Positions 54,947-63,030 of a stretch of 64,000 nucleotides of DNA are shown here, in pieces. Within the stretch, counting starts at the first letter, position 1. Each line of letters opens with the position of its first letter. The notes below the pieces were generated by a model. That model made no database searches. It worked only from the letters and a program-made list of their open reading frames with translations, and was not told where the DNA came from. Position numbers and translations under genes: made by a program. The stretch comes from Octopus bimaculoides. Lineage: Eukaryota. Where the stretch lies: the NCBI RefSeq assembly GCF_001194135.2, contig NC_068987.1, positions 61,960,598-62,024,597 of the forward strand. Direction: 5' to 3'.

Positions 54947-57900
54947 GGTGGTGGTAGTAGTAGTAGTAGTAGTATATGGCTGCCAGTTGGCACATCTGAC
55001 AAAATGCTCAGTGGCATTACATCAGCCTTTATGTTTTTGAGTTCAAATTCTGCTGAGGTCAAGTTTGCCTTTCATCCTTTCAAGATTGATAAAATAAGTA
55101 GCAGCTGAGCATTGGAGCTGATCTAATCGGCTATCCCTCTTCCCAAAATTTCAGGCCTTGTGTCTATAGTAGAAAGGATTATTATTATTATTACTATACT
55201 CACAACAGATTAGACTGTTGGAAAAGAAAAAATCCTAACATCAGGCTACAACAAGTAACCCTAGATGCCAAGAACACTCCTAAGTATCCTAGTTGTCCCT
55301 AATAACAAAGTTTTCTAGAGCTGTACTAAACTGGGTTTTATGCCTATTTCCTCTATTCATCTGTTCAGATCTTTAGGAATATTTCCCAATGCACCTATAA
55401 CTACTGGAATACATTTTACCCACACTTTCCATAATCCCTATAACTGAATGGCTAGGTCCTGATTCTTTACTATTTTTTCTATACCTTTCATATTGATTTT
55501 TTCATCATTTGCGACTGTAAAGTCAATTATCTGGCTCTTTCTATTCTCTTTATTTACTACGAGTAAATCAGGCTTTCTATTACTCTGTCAGTTTGAATGT
55601 TAAAGTCCCACAACATTTTATATTTCTTACTTTCTAGTACTTTACTAGGTTCATGTTCATATCACTTATCAGTATGTTCAAATCCTAGCTTTCTACATAA
55701 CTCCCAGTGGATTACTCTCTCTAGGTTATCATGTCTTTTCTTGTATTCTTTCTGTGCCAGCATGCTACATTCACTTACTTTTTATTATTATTATTATTGT
55801 GCATGCCATCAAAGTGACACTGGGGTAAAATATACGAAGCCCAATATACCCATCATGACTACCCGTCTGATAAGGGTATACCAGGCACATGCATCACAAC
55901 CATATGTGCACGACCTGGTGATCTCAAATCAAGATAAACAGTGCATGACCTCGCAGGTGGGGTCCAGTTAGAATTTTCTACAAGTCGAGTAGCCCATCCC
56001 GCTCAAAAGGTCCCTGAATAAGGTTTGTTTAAGGATGTTGAGCAAAACACCCATGTTCCCAAAGGTGAATTATTCAAGCCCCAAAGAATTCCTCTCAACA
56101 CATGGCTATGATGCTCCCCCACTACTTCTGCTCATGATCAGAGATGCACATATCGTCAGCCACCAAGGGACATGCTCAACTGGTTATGGTCAAACAACTG
56201 ACAAGCAAATCTGTGGTATTAAGCAGAATATTTGCTGTAGCCCATCTTTTATACCAAGACAAAACAATGTACATGATAACACTTCCAATCAATTAAGATC
56301 AGAAGCCATGAGAGCCACTGCCTGGTACTGCATCCGGGCATTTATTATTATTATTATTGAGTGAGAGAGCAGTGCATACACTAAACACAATTTTATCTAT
56401 CTAAAATTTCTTTGTTAACATGCGTTATTTCTCTCTCACCAAACAAGTCATGGCTTAAAATTAGTGAAAGATATAAAATAGGCATCAGCTTCATCAGGGA
56501 ATCATTTTAAGAATAACCATTACGTTAAACAAATGTATTTGCATTATCTTTTTCTATCCTGGATCAATGGTAATGAGTGCCATAAATCATTGGATATTTG
56601 AGACAACACCTTGTGTTTATGTGCCCAGATATTGTTAGTCTGGTAGAATCAATATCTTCTCTCCATGCTAATTACATTCATCTCAACACTACAAACAGTA
56701 TAAGCCCTGTAGCTCATTAAGAGGTACAGGGCTTGCACTGCTTAAATTGCTAAACTGTATCACTGGTACCCATTTAGTTTCTTCTTCTTGCACAGAAAGA
56801 GTAGAATGCTTTGAAAATTGATACTGCACAGCCCAAGTGATGGAATATGAACCAAGCACATCTTTGCTGGTAGTCTGACACACTAATGGTTTTGCCTTTT
56901 GGCAATGTCTTAGTTAACCAGCCCTGATTATCATGTTTTCTCAACTAGTTTCTTTGTGTTAATCTCAGCTTTTTTTAATCACTTTACCTACTAAACTGCT
57001 TAACTACTTAAATTACTTAACTAATTTAATTAACTTTGTCATGAACTGTTTAAACAAGTTTTCACACACATACACATATATAAATTTATATATATATATA
57101 TATTATTTAAAAAATGGCAAAAAATCATATATTAATTAATATCAATTAATTGCCAGGAAGCTAGCACATTTAAAGAATCAAAGAGATTCAGAAACAGTAT
57201 CTGCAATCTCAGGGGATTAAAGTACATTTTTATATATGACGTTGACCACTAACGTGGACATTTAATGTGCTTCTATTTCTAGCACATTAAATGTCCACGT
57301 TAGTGGTCAACATCATATATAAAAATATATATATATATAGGTAGATGTACATGTGTGTGTGTGTCTGTGTGTGTATAGACTGAAACATTGAAACATGTAT
57401 TGATGCCCTGAAATCATCATCATCATCATCATCATCGTTTAACGTCCGCTTTCCATGCTAGCATGGGTTGGACGATTTGACTGAGGACTGGTGAAACCGG
57501 ATGGCAACACCAGGCTCCAGTCTGATTTGGCAGAGTTTCTACAGCTGGATGCCCTTCCTAACGCCAACCACTCAGAGAGTGTAGTGGGTGCTTTTACGTG
57601 TCACCCGCACAAAAACGGCCACGCTCGAAATGGTGTCTTTTATGTGCCNNNNNNNNNNNNNNNNNNNNNNNNNNNNNNNNNNNNNNNNNNNNNNNNNNNN
57701 NNNNNNNNNNNNNNNNNNNNNNNNNNNNNNNNNNNNNNNNNNNNNNNNNNNNNNNNNNNNNNNNNNNNNNNNNNNNNNNNNNNNNNNNNNNNNNNNNNNN
57801 NNNNNNNNNNNNNNNNNNNNNNNNNNNNNNNNNNNNNNNNNNNNNNNNNNNNNNNNNNNNNNNNNNNNNNNNNNNNNNNNNNNNNNNNNNNNNNNNNNNN

Positions 57901-58827
57901 NNNNNNNNNNNNNNNNNNNNNNNNNNNNNNNNNNNNNNNNNNNNNNNNCAGTAGTCATCGCCTCGGTGAGGCCCAATGTACGAAGGTCTTGCCTCACCAC
58001 CTCAGCCCAGGTCTTCCTGGGCCTACCTCTTCCACGGGTTCCCTCAACTGTTAGGGTGTGGCACTTTTTCACGTAGCTATCCTCATCCATTCTCACCACA
58101 TGTCCATACCAGCGCAATCGTCTCTCTTGCACGCCACAACTGATGCTTCTAATGTTCAGCTTTTCTCTCGAGATACTTACACTCTGATGGGTATTCACAC
58201 TGACATTACACATCCAACGGAGCATACTGGCTTCATTCCTTGCGAGCTTACGTATGTCCTCAGCAGTTACAGCCCATGAAATGTACATTTGTTTTATTCT
58301 TGTTTGCTATAACTACGTGTGTGTGTGTGTGTGGTGCCATGTAAAACACCCAGCACACTCTGTAAATTGGTTGGCATTAGGAAGGGCATCGAGCCATAGA
58401 AACCATGCCAAATCAGACTGGTGCAGCTTCTCTGCTTGCTAACTCTGGTCAAACCATCCGACTCATTCCAGCATGGACAATGGATGTCAAAAATAATGAT
58501 GATGATGATATATAATATCACTCATATTTTGTAATGATTTTGTATGCATTTTGTAATGATTTTACCTTTATTTTTAAAACTAGATTTGGTGATGGCTATT
58601 TGCTAGCTGTAAGACTACATGGCCAGCATCCTGATCTTCAACCTGTGATGAAATACATAACAGAGCATTTCCCACATGCAGTCTGCAAAGAAAAACATTA
58701 CAACATGATTAGTTATCAATTGGGTATTAAAGAAGTCTCTTTATCAAAGATATTTTGCATAATGGAGAATATGAAATCTCAAATGAATATTGAAGAATAC
58801 TCAGTTACACAGACAACACTTGATCAG
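3309..58827 (+). CDS. ABCA1: Partial spliced gene model: ABC transporter subfamily A (ABCA1/4/7-like), C-terminal half, 20 coding exons, 956 codons; 5' exons and last exon not found in the window
   Basis: Hand-spliced exons join in frame with GT-AG boundaries and matching phases. The translation contains [15 protein letters not shown], Walker [11 protein letters not shown]-loop YCPQFDA, signature [10 protein letters not shown], Walker [15 protein letters not shown]-loop [13 protein letters not shown] and [10 protein letters not shown]. The symbol denotes the ABCA1/4/7 group, not proven one-to-one orthology. Confidence 0.95.
5041..5546 (+). mobile_element. 5'-truncated RTE-clade LINE 3' end (ORF C-terminus, repetitive 3' UTR, (GAT)n tail); contains N-gap 5396-5472
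   Basis: [52 protein letters not shown] at 5041-5199, where GRPRKTW is a typical RTE C-terminal motif. Ends in gcggacgttaaac(gat)n. Confidence 0.9.
5553..5632. repeat. (TG)n(AG)n compound microsatellite; representative of many (TA)n, (TG)n, (AAT)n and (GAT)n tracts
   Basis: Read directly. It explains the poly-HT/poly-H ORFs in the track. Confidence 0.95.
6790..7026 (-). mobile_element. Young tRNA-derived SINE (family A). Older copies: about 2220-2445, 6555-6775, 7815-8030, 43255-43445, 45080-45710, 49310-49525, 60580-60800 and 62330-62900 (-); 19011-19211, 23780-23995, 24420-24630, 27810-28465 and 54975-55180 (+)
   Basis: The minus strand reads ggcggcgagctggcagaaccgttagc (A box) ... gagttcaaattcc (B box) ... 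gtcgactttgcctttcatcctttcggggtcgattaaataagtaccag. CpGs are retained, unlike in the other copies. Confidence 0.88.
11445..11651. mobile_element. Second TTAA-CCC MITE family
   Basis: Ends ttaaccctttaactgca / tgtagtaaaagggttaa. Confidence 0.65.
12411..12518 (+). CDS. ABCA1: ABCA exon b (108 nt, phase 1 to 1): [36 protein letters not shown]
   Basis: Acceptor ttaattttAG, donor GTaaga. Open frame and phase-compatible with both neighbours; resembles the recalled ABCA1 linker GTLPARRNRRAF. Confidence 0.8.
13290..13500 (-). mobile_element. Old degenerate RTE-like C-terminal fragment
   Basis: Reverse translation [33 protein letters not shown] resembles RTE GRP.KTW...DR..W. Confidence 0.45.
16298..16523. 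repeat. Long inverted repeat, about 82-bp arms with 3 mismatches and a 62-nt spacer
   Basis: 16298-16379 (atatagttttagggaaaagaaccaaggttcatgaactc...gaaaaattaat) is the reverse complement of 16442-16523. Confidence 0.92.
16575..17000. mobile_element. pogo/Tigger-type MITE
   Basis: TIRs tacaggttgttgactaacgacc / ggtcgtaagtcaacaacgacctgta, TA-flanked, no ORF. Confidence 0.75.
18139..18287 (+). CDS. ABCA1: ABCA exon c (149 nt): [50 protein letters not shown]
   Basis: Acceptor tcattcAG, donor GTaggt. Contains the ABCA GW.L..QQF.ALL.KR motif preceding TMD2. Confidence 0.95.
19344..19890 (+). repeat. Unclassified ~550-bp dispersed repeat ending in (AAT)n; other copies 8057-8532 (+) and 55799-56340 (-)
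   Basis: Three collinear copies share ggtataaaagatgggctac...cccttattcagggaccttttgagc...cccagtgtcactttgatggcatgcac. No ORF is conserved. Confidence 0.85.
20007..20149 (+). CDS. ABCA1: ABCA exon d (143 nt): [48 protein letters not shown]
   Basis: Acceptor ttgcAG, donor GTaggt. First TMD2 helix (LPA.FV) and the P.L.L.PW motif. Confidence 0.95.
21154..21258 (+). CDS. ABCA1: ABCA exon e (105 nt): [34 protein letters not shown]
   Basis: Acceptor ctcctaaaAG, donor GTaagt. SNDAP and G.G.RCM motifs of ECD2. Confidence 0.9.
23434..23540 (+). CDS. ABCA1: ABCA exon f (107 nt): [35 protein letters not shown]
   Basis: Acceptor gtcttctAG; the donor GTtcgt is required by the phase of the next exon. ECD2 C.C...CP cysteines. 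Confidence 0.88.
24935..25166. mobile_element. Tc1/mariner-type MITE
   Basis: Terminal inverted repeats tacaagggagtgctgaaaagttc / gaacttttcagcaacccctcatata with TA ends; TIR similar to the one at 36640-36667. Confidence 0.8.
25224..25344 (+). CDS. ABCA1: ABCA exon g (121 nt): [41 protein letters not shown]
   Basis: Acceptor ctctgtAG, donor GTactg. TGRNISD..VKT motif. Confidence 0.93.
26145..26516 (+). mobile_element. Full-length tRNA-derived SINE (family D) with 11-bp target-site duplication
   Basis: A box tggcccagtggttagg, degenerate B box gttttgattcc, (AAC)-like tail. TSD taacatcagaa at 26134-26144 and 26517-26527. Confidence 0.85.
26890..27800 (-). mobile_element. Degenerate R4/Dong-like non-LTR retrotransposon fragment (zinc-knuckle and restriction-like endonuclease region)
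   Basis: [26 protein letters not shown]...VDHLISVC...[13 protein letters not shown]...*YEHHPEAV...[25 protein letters not shown]...[17 protein letters not shown], with stops and frameshifts. Confidence 0.85.
28541..28718 (+). CDS. ABCA1: ABCA exon h (178 nt): [59 protein letters not shown]
   Basis: Acceptor ctttatAG, donor GTagga. RYGGFS motif. Confidence 0.93.
30095..30510 (-). mobile_element. HERO-like (R2 group) REL-endonuclease C-terminus and 3' UTR
   Basis: [64 protein letters not shown] resembles recalled HERO motifs P.EVGCRGF and E..S.WLWL.R. Absent from the ORF track because it lacks an upstream start codon. Confidence 0.75.
30808..30977 (+). CDS. ABCA1: ABCA exon i (170 nt): [57 protein letters not shown]
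   Basis: Acceptor ttctcAG, donor GTaagt. VWFNNKGW and YGIT..NHP motifs. Confidence 0.96.
32012..32330 (-). mobile_element. Internally deleted mariner element (3' TIR plus transposase C-terminus)
   Basis: tattaggttgtcaagaaagttcttgcggttttt resembles a mariner TIR. The minus strand reads [25 protein letters not shown], stop at 32093-32091. Confidence 0.82.
32365..32756 (-). pseudogene. EFCAB10: Intronless EFCAB10-like copy (docking/dimerisation-like N-terminus plus degenerate EF-hand), one frameshift; probable processed pseudogene antisense in an ABCA intron
   Basis: ATG at 32756 gives [52 protein letters not shown]. After one added base at the A5 run (plus-strand T run 32599-32603) it continues [78 protein letters not shown] to TGA at 32367-32365. 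The pattern matches recalled EFCAB10 (A..YLEKH.I..L...L...L.F.RPE.P.E..I; N...MF..MD..G.G.I...QY.EALKTLG). Confidence 0.8.
34582..34759 (+). CDS. ABCA1: ABCA exon j (178 nt): [59 protein letters not shown]
   Basis: Acceptor ttattcAG, donor GTcagt. SFVPASF and AKHLQ motifs. Confidence 0.96.
35538..35653 (+). CDS. ABCA1: ABCA exon k (116 nt): [39 protein letters not shown]
   Basis: Acceptor tcctcAG, donor GTaagt. TM helices with AYVS.TNLP and LYG motifs. Confidence 0.95.
36361..36667 (+). mobile_element. Mariner transposase 3' remnant with 3' TIR
   Basis: [17 protein letters not shown]...[10 protein letters not shown]...[13 protein letters not shown] carries the YSPDL motif. It ends gaacttttcagccaaccctcatgta. 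Confidence 0.88.
37149..38541 (-). mobile_element. 5'-truncated RTE-clade LINE, about 1.4 kb, with RT C-terminal region, PHD-like finger, 3' UTR and (GAT)n tail
   Basis: Open frame 38541 to 37828: TKVLISR...[27 protein letters not shown]...FVCGKC...[11 protein letters not shown]...[19 protein letters not shown]...[10 protein letters not shown]. The 3' UTR is homologous to the other RTE copies. Confidence 0.92.
38616..38766 (+). CDS. ABCA1: ABCA exon l (151 nt): [50 protein letters not shown]
   Basis: Acceptor ttctttAG region, donor GTaagg. P.MYP..F.F.IPSTA motif. Confidence 0.95.
39443..39566 (+). CDS. ABCA1: ABCA exon m (124 nt): [41 protein letters not shown]
   Basis: Acceptor cactttcAG, donor GTaagt. 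ND.LK.VFL..P..C.GRGL motif. Confidence 0.95.
40200..40520 (+). mobile_element. Old degenerate RTE-like C-terminal fragment
   Basis: ISNL...[12 protein letters not shown] motif followed by a (GAG)-rich tail. Confidence 0.5.
40833..41247 (-). mobile_element. tRNA-derived SINE with internal microsatellite (family B). Other copies: about 6030-6350, 11050-11345, 14375-14765 and 29140-29520 (+); 13880-14345, 35830-36065, 47227-47943 and 59015-59330 (-)
   Basis: Head gtggctgtgtggtaagtagcttgc...ggttccaggttcagtcccactgcgtggcaccttgggcaagtgtc, a (TG)n middle, and tail actgaaacaagtaaaag. Confidence 0.87.
41354..41483 (+). CDS. ABCA1: ABCA exon n (130 nt): [44 protein letters not shown]
   Basis: Acceptor cttcacAG, donor GTatag. 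Last TMD2 helix. Confidence 0.93.
41935..42162. mobile_element. TTAA-CCC (piggyBac-type) MITE; further copies near 29914-30525 (interrupted), 31178-31390, 39240-39423 and 60341-60542
   Basis: Ends ttaaccctttagcatt / aatactaaaggtttaa. Shared internal core ctcacacctaccctacaatgtcat(t/g)ctaaaaataaacaa. Confidence 0.75.
42416..42536 (+). CDS. ABCA1: ABCA exon o (121 nt): [40 protein letters not shown]
   Basis: Acceptor tatgtgcAG, donor GTaatg. ED.DV..ER and L.IKNLTK motifs at the NBD2 entry. Confidence 0.94.
44401..44718 (+). CDS. ABCA1: ABCA exon p (318 nt): NBD2 Walker A (GVNGAGKTT) and Q-loop (YCPQFDAL)
   Basis: Acceptor gtctttcAG, donor GTaagc. 106 open codons from [16 protein letters not shown] to [15 protein letters not shown]. 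Confidence 0.97.
45940..46074 (+). CDS. ABCA1: ABCA exon q (135 nt): [45 protein letters not shown]
   Basis: Acceptor tatttcAG, donor GTaagt. ABC signature and start of Walker B. Confidence 0.97.
46731..46970 (+). repeat. Local diverged direct duplication, about 95 bp x2
   Basis: ttcat(c/t)tttccttttcaaatagacatc...tctgagg(c/t)ctaacatacc occurs near 46731 and 46871. Confidence 0.7.
47427..47779 (+). mobile_element. RTE 3' UTR fragment inserted into a SINE
   Basis: Matches the 3' UTR at 5298-5545 and ends in (GAT)6. It splits the SINE at 47227-47943. Confidence 0.85.
50296..50399 (+). CDS. ABCA1: ABCA exon r (104 nt): [35 protein letters not shown]
   Basis: Acceptor tttgaAG (weak pyrimidine tract), donor GTattt. 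Walker B, D-loop and H-loop. Confidence 0.97.
53064..53156 (+). CDS. ABCA1: ABCA exon s (93 nt): [31 protein letters not shown]
   Basis: Acceptor ctacttcAG, donor GTaatt. Near-invariant ABCA motif. Confidence 0.97.
55180..55780 (-). mobile_element. R4/Dong-like REL retrotransposon 3' end, second subfamily, ending in (AAT)n
   Basis: [63 protein letters not shown], frameshift, KPDLLVV...PVVIGALG...[15 protein letters not shown]. Confidence 0.87.
57226..57326. repeat. Near-perfect palindrome, 46-bp arms, 9-nt loop, 1 mismatch
   Basis: atttttatatatgacgttgaccactaacgtggacatttaatgtgct-tctatttct-agcacattaaatgtccacgttagtggtcaacatcatatataaaaat. Confidence 0.93.
57415..58278 (-). mobile_element. Young RTE-clade LINE 3' fragment; contains N-gap 57649-57948
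   Basis: [23 protein letters not shown]...[13 protein letters not shown]...GRGRPRKTW. Near-identical reverse complement of 5041-5150; (CAT)n tail at 57415. Confidence 0.92.
58584..58827 (+). CDS. ABCA1: ABCA exon t (244 nt): [21 protein letters not shown]...[13 protein letters not shown] (regulatory domain 2)
   Basis: Acceptor aaaactAG, donor GTaaat. FGDGY and YSV.QTTLDQ motifs. Confidence 0.96.
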
Positions 58828-59699
58828 GTAAATTTTATTACTCATCTTTGTCTAAAAAAAAAAAACTTCTTAGTATCTGATAAATAAGTTACCTTATTTA
58901 TGCAGCCAGCTTGGAATTAGATATTTTTAATTAAAAATAAATGTTTGAAGTTTTTATCATATTATGCTAGAAATAATAATGTGATAGTTTGTTTTGTTTC
59001 TTTTTCTGTTATAGATCTTTTATCGTTTGCTTGTTTCAATCATTGGAATGCAACCCTACTGGGAAACTGCATTAAAAGGTTTTTAGTCAAACAAATAGAC
59101 CCCAGTACTTGATATTTTTTTTACAAGTCTGGTACTTATCAGGCTCTTTTGCTGAACTACAAAATTATAGGGATATAAGCAAACCAACACTGTTTGTCAA
59201 GCAGTTGAAAGGTAGGAACAAATACTGCAACAAAGACATATACACATGACTGGTTTCCGCATATTTTTCATCTATCAAATTCACTCACAAGGCATTGGTT
59301 GGCCTTGAGCTGTTTATACATCAAAATGCAGAAAGGGATAAAGTAAAAAAAAAAAGACAACTAAAAAAGAAATCTCAGGAAAGTTAACTGAAACTGAAAT
59401 TTGGCTAAGATATAAAAGAAATACTGAACTCCATTTTACTTTTAGATAATTCTTTTAGTTTCCTTCAGTAAGCTCATTATGTTATTTTTAATTTTCCTTA
59501 GCACACTGTAATCACTGAATCAGTTCAGGATCGAAAATGTACTCTTCAACATAAACTTAGGGCTGGGGAATTTAGCTGGAAAATGAGAAAGGTTTGGAAT
59601 AAAATTAAAAATAGAAGGAAGCTATGGAAGTGAAAATATTTTCCTGTTAATAGAAACTTCCAAACAGTACAAAGGGATGCCTAAAGGGAGAACATAAAA

Positions 59700-60140
59700 G
59701 ATAAGAGAGCTGGGTATTTCAAAGAGATAATCTGCTGTGAGCAATTCATCAGTTCTGTAAATAGTGCAAACTCTGTGTTGATAGGATGTTAATGAGGGAC
59801 ACATTTCTCTTTATATAGGATGACAGTCTTTCACAGGTAAATTTTCTCATGGGAAAAACTGAATATGATACTAGAGGCTAATGAAGCACTTAACATGGTA
59901 GTAGTGCGTAGTAGTGTCATGGCAATTAGAACTAAGTGACCAGGAGTTTGAAGGAGTGAAAAAAAAAAATGTGTTTAAGAGTAATAACAAGAGATTAGGT
60001 GGGAATTGAGATGCCAAGTGTAAATAGTATAGAGGGAATACTGATTAGAGAATGTTCACTTTTGTGTCATGAGGCTGAGAGCTGTGAAGTGATCTGCATC
60101 AGAGCAGTGTGTTCATGTGAACCAGGGTATCACTGATATA
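59700..60140 (-). mobile_element. Possible highly decayed CR1/L2-group LINE remnant
   Basis: Minus-strand SEHSLISI (compare the APE SDH motif) and FFP* (compare FPW) in a pyrimidine-rich stretch. Weak support. Confidence 0.3.
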
Positions 60141-62904
60141 TGCTAGGATAACAGAGGAAATGCACTGTGCATGCATGTGGGTGTATGCATTTTTTTTTTA
60201 TGATTGGCATCACGAGTTGATTGAGACTGATCTATATGATTGTGCGAATATATGTGCAGATTATGTATATATTTGTGAGGGTTAATGTGTGTGTGTGTGT
60301 ATATACACACACTTGCACATGTGTGTATATACACACACTTGCATTTAAACTGGCCATGATCAGTCAAAATATTCTGCCATTTTTATGTTCAAACTGGCCA
60401 GATCTAAATTCTTACACTTAACCTAAAAATAAACAATTACACCATCAAATTCTTAAGCCACAAGATAATGTGCGATTAATTTAAAACAATGTAAATAAAT
60501 AAGCCATACATTTGACTGTGTAATCTGAATGCTTAAGGGTTACCACATGCCCACACACATATCAACAAACACATATTATATTAGTTTCAAATTTTGGCAC
60601 AATGCCAGCGAGTTTGGGGGACAGGGTAATTTGATTACATCAGCCCAAGTACTCAGCTGCTACTTATTTTATTGAACCCTAAAGGATGAAAAGCAAAGTT
60701 GACCTTGGCAGAATTTGAACTCAGAATGTAAAAACAAATTGAAATACCACTAAGCATTTTGCTCAATGTGCTAACAATTCTGCCAGCTCTCCACCTTAAC
60801 ACACACACACACACACACGCACATACACACAAATTATATACTAACATTATATATACACGCACCCATGTAAATTAAATTTATTGCTGCTCAACACTACGTG
60901 TTTGTATTTTTAAACAAAACAAAGAAACTAATAATTAAAAATAATTTAACATTTTCATTAACACCTTGCTGCAGTAATTGCTATGCTGTGTGCCTTTGAC
61001 ACATTATCAGCATCTATATACTTGGATGAATTCCTGATTAGTTTCAATTCCAAACAATGTTTTTTTTTTTTATTCCAGTATGGTTTTCATTTAATTTTGA
61101 TTTGATGGCATTGAAAAATGTGTGTCTGTATGAAGTATATATTATGTTCTTGAGCAAAACACTCCATTTCACATAACTCCAGTCCACTCAGCTGGCAAAA
61201 ATGAGCAATCCTGCGACAGACCAGCATCCCATCCAGGTGAGGAATTTGTACACCATGAAAACCAGCCCTTACATGTCAGTATGACTCGAGGAGGAAACTT
61301 CACCATTACTTTTTTTAGTACATTCTGTGAAGTGGTTGGCATTAAGGAGGACATCCAGACATTGATTGGAGCTTGGCATAGTCCTCTGGCTCATTCCCTC
61401 CTGTCAAACTATGCACTCCATACTAACATGGAAAATAGAAATTTAACAATATTGATAATGATCATGATAAAATGTGTGTGTGTGTAGCTGAAGATATAAC
61501 TGTGTAGTTAAGATGACAATTACATTAGGATTGAACCAAGGATCTCAAGGTTGTGAAGCAAACTCTTAACCATTTTACCATTCTGCAGCTACAACAATAA
61601 CATACACTAGTTACATTCAAAAGGATTGTAGTTTGAAATACTTATGTCCAGCTATATTTAACTGTGGCTTGAACATTCTCACTCTTTCGAAGAAAACAAC
61701 AAAAAGACTGCACATATACACACACACATACAAATGCTGTTTAAAAAACTACACACAATCTCTTCTGATTACACTTTAATCATCTCATGCTATATTGAGA
61801 AAACTGTCAAAAGTGCCTGTTCTTTTATCTTTTAATGGAACTAAAGATTTATCTATTGATTTATATCTACCATTTTCGCAACGTAGAAAGATTTCAAAAT
61901 AATATTCTTCATTTATACTTTGAGTTGTTCTCTCTATCAAGAAGCACAACTTTGTTCAAGTTGAAAACTTTCGTTTTCATACATCATACTGCTATATGGA
62001 GATTCGTGTGTATGAAGGCATTATGCATTATTTATATTGTTATAGCCAATTATATAAGCCAGTTACTGTTGTAGTTATTCAAATTGCTCGGTATAACAAC
62101 CAAATTTTTGCCCAATAAATACCCCTACTGTCTTTAAATCAGATGATCATGATAGGAAATATTGCTTGAATAAATTATTTGTTCCACAATCTTCATGCTG
62201 TACTCCTACTCAATCAAAACTAAACATGTGGTAGAAGTGGTTGTTGTTATTGTTGGCATTATTCTCCCTGTTGTTGGGTTTTTCTTCTTTAATAATAATA
62301 GTAATAGAAATAGTAATAATATTGATTTCAAATTTTGGCACAAGGCCACCAATTTCAGTGTTCAACTGGTACTTATTTTATCAACCCCGAAAGGATGAAA
62401 GACAAAGTCGACCTCAGCAGAATTTGAACTCGAAATGTGAAGATGGACGAAATGTTGTTAAGCATTTTGCTCAGCATGCTAATGAGTCTGAAAGCTCACC
62501 ACCTTATTATAGTTATTATAATAATAATAATAATAATAATAATCAATTCTATTGTAGGCATAGGGCCAGTAATTTTGGGGGTGGTTTACTTAATTACATT
62601 AACCCCAGTGCTCAACTGAAAGGATAAAAAGTAAAGTTGACTTTATCTCCATTTGAACTCAGAATTTACAGCCAGAAGAAATGCCACTAAGCATTTTACC
62701 TGATGTGCTAATGCTTCTGAAATTTGTGGGGAAAAGGGCCAATCAATTATATTGATCCCAGTCAATTACATTTAACTGATACATATTTCATTGGCCCTAA
62801 AAGGATGAAAGGCAAAGCTGACCTTGACAGAATTTGAACAGACAAAATACTGCTACGGTTTTTGTCCAGCATGCTAATGATTCTACCAGCTTACCTCTTC
62901 CTCC

Positions 62905-62929
<25 letters not shown>

Positions 62930-62935
<6 letters not shown>

Positions 62936-63030
62936 TATTATTCAGTAGTTTTATTTTTATAACGTACTATTCAGTAGTTTTATTTTTATAACGTACTATT
63001 TTTATTTTTATAACGTACTATTTTTATAAC

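Noticed and set aside
54786-55108. Poly-Val, poly-Gly/Ser and poly-Pro/Thr ORFs
   Set aside because: (GTT)n(GGT)n(AGT)n microsatellite between two SINE copies.
55860-55900. ctgataag as a hammerhead core in the ~550-bp repeat
   Set aside because: It deviates from CUGANGA and has no correctly spaced GAAA or stems; left to an Infernal search.
59011-59090. AG followed by IFYRLLVSIIGMQPYWETALKGF* as a candidate last ABCA exon
   Set aside because: It is the decayed tail of a minus-strand family-B SINE (tcttttact...cttgtttcagtcatt) and lacks the VFxxFA motif.
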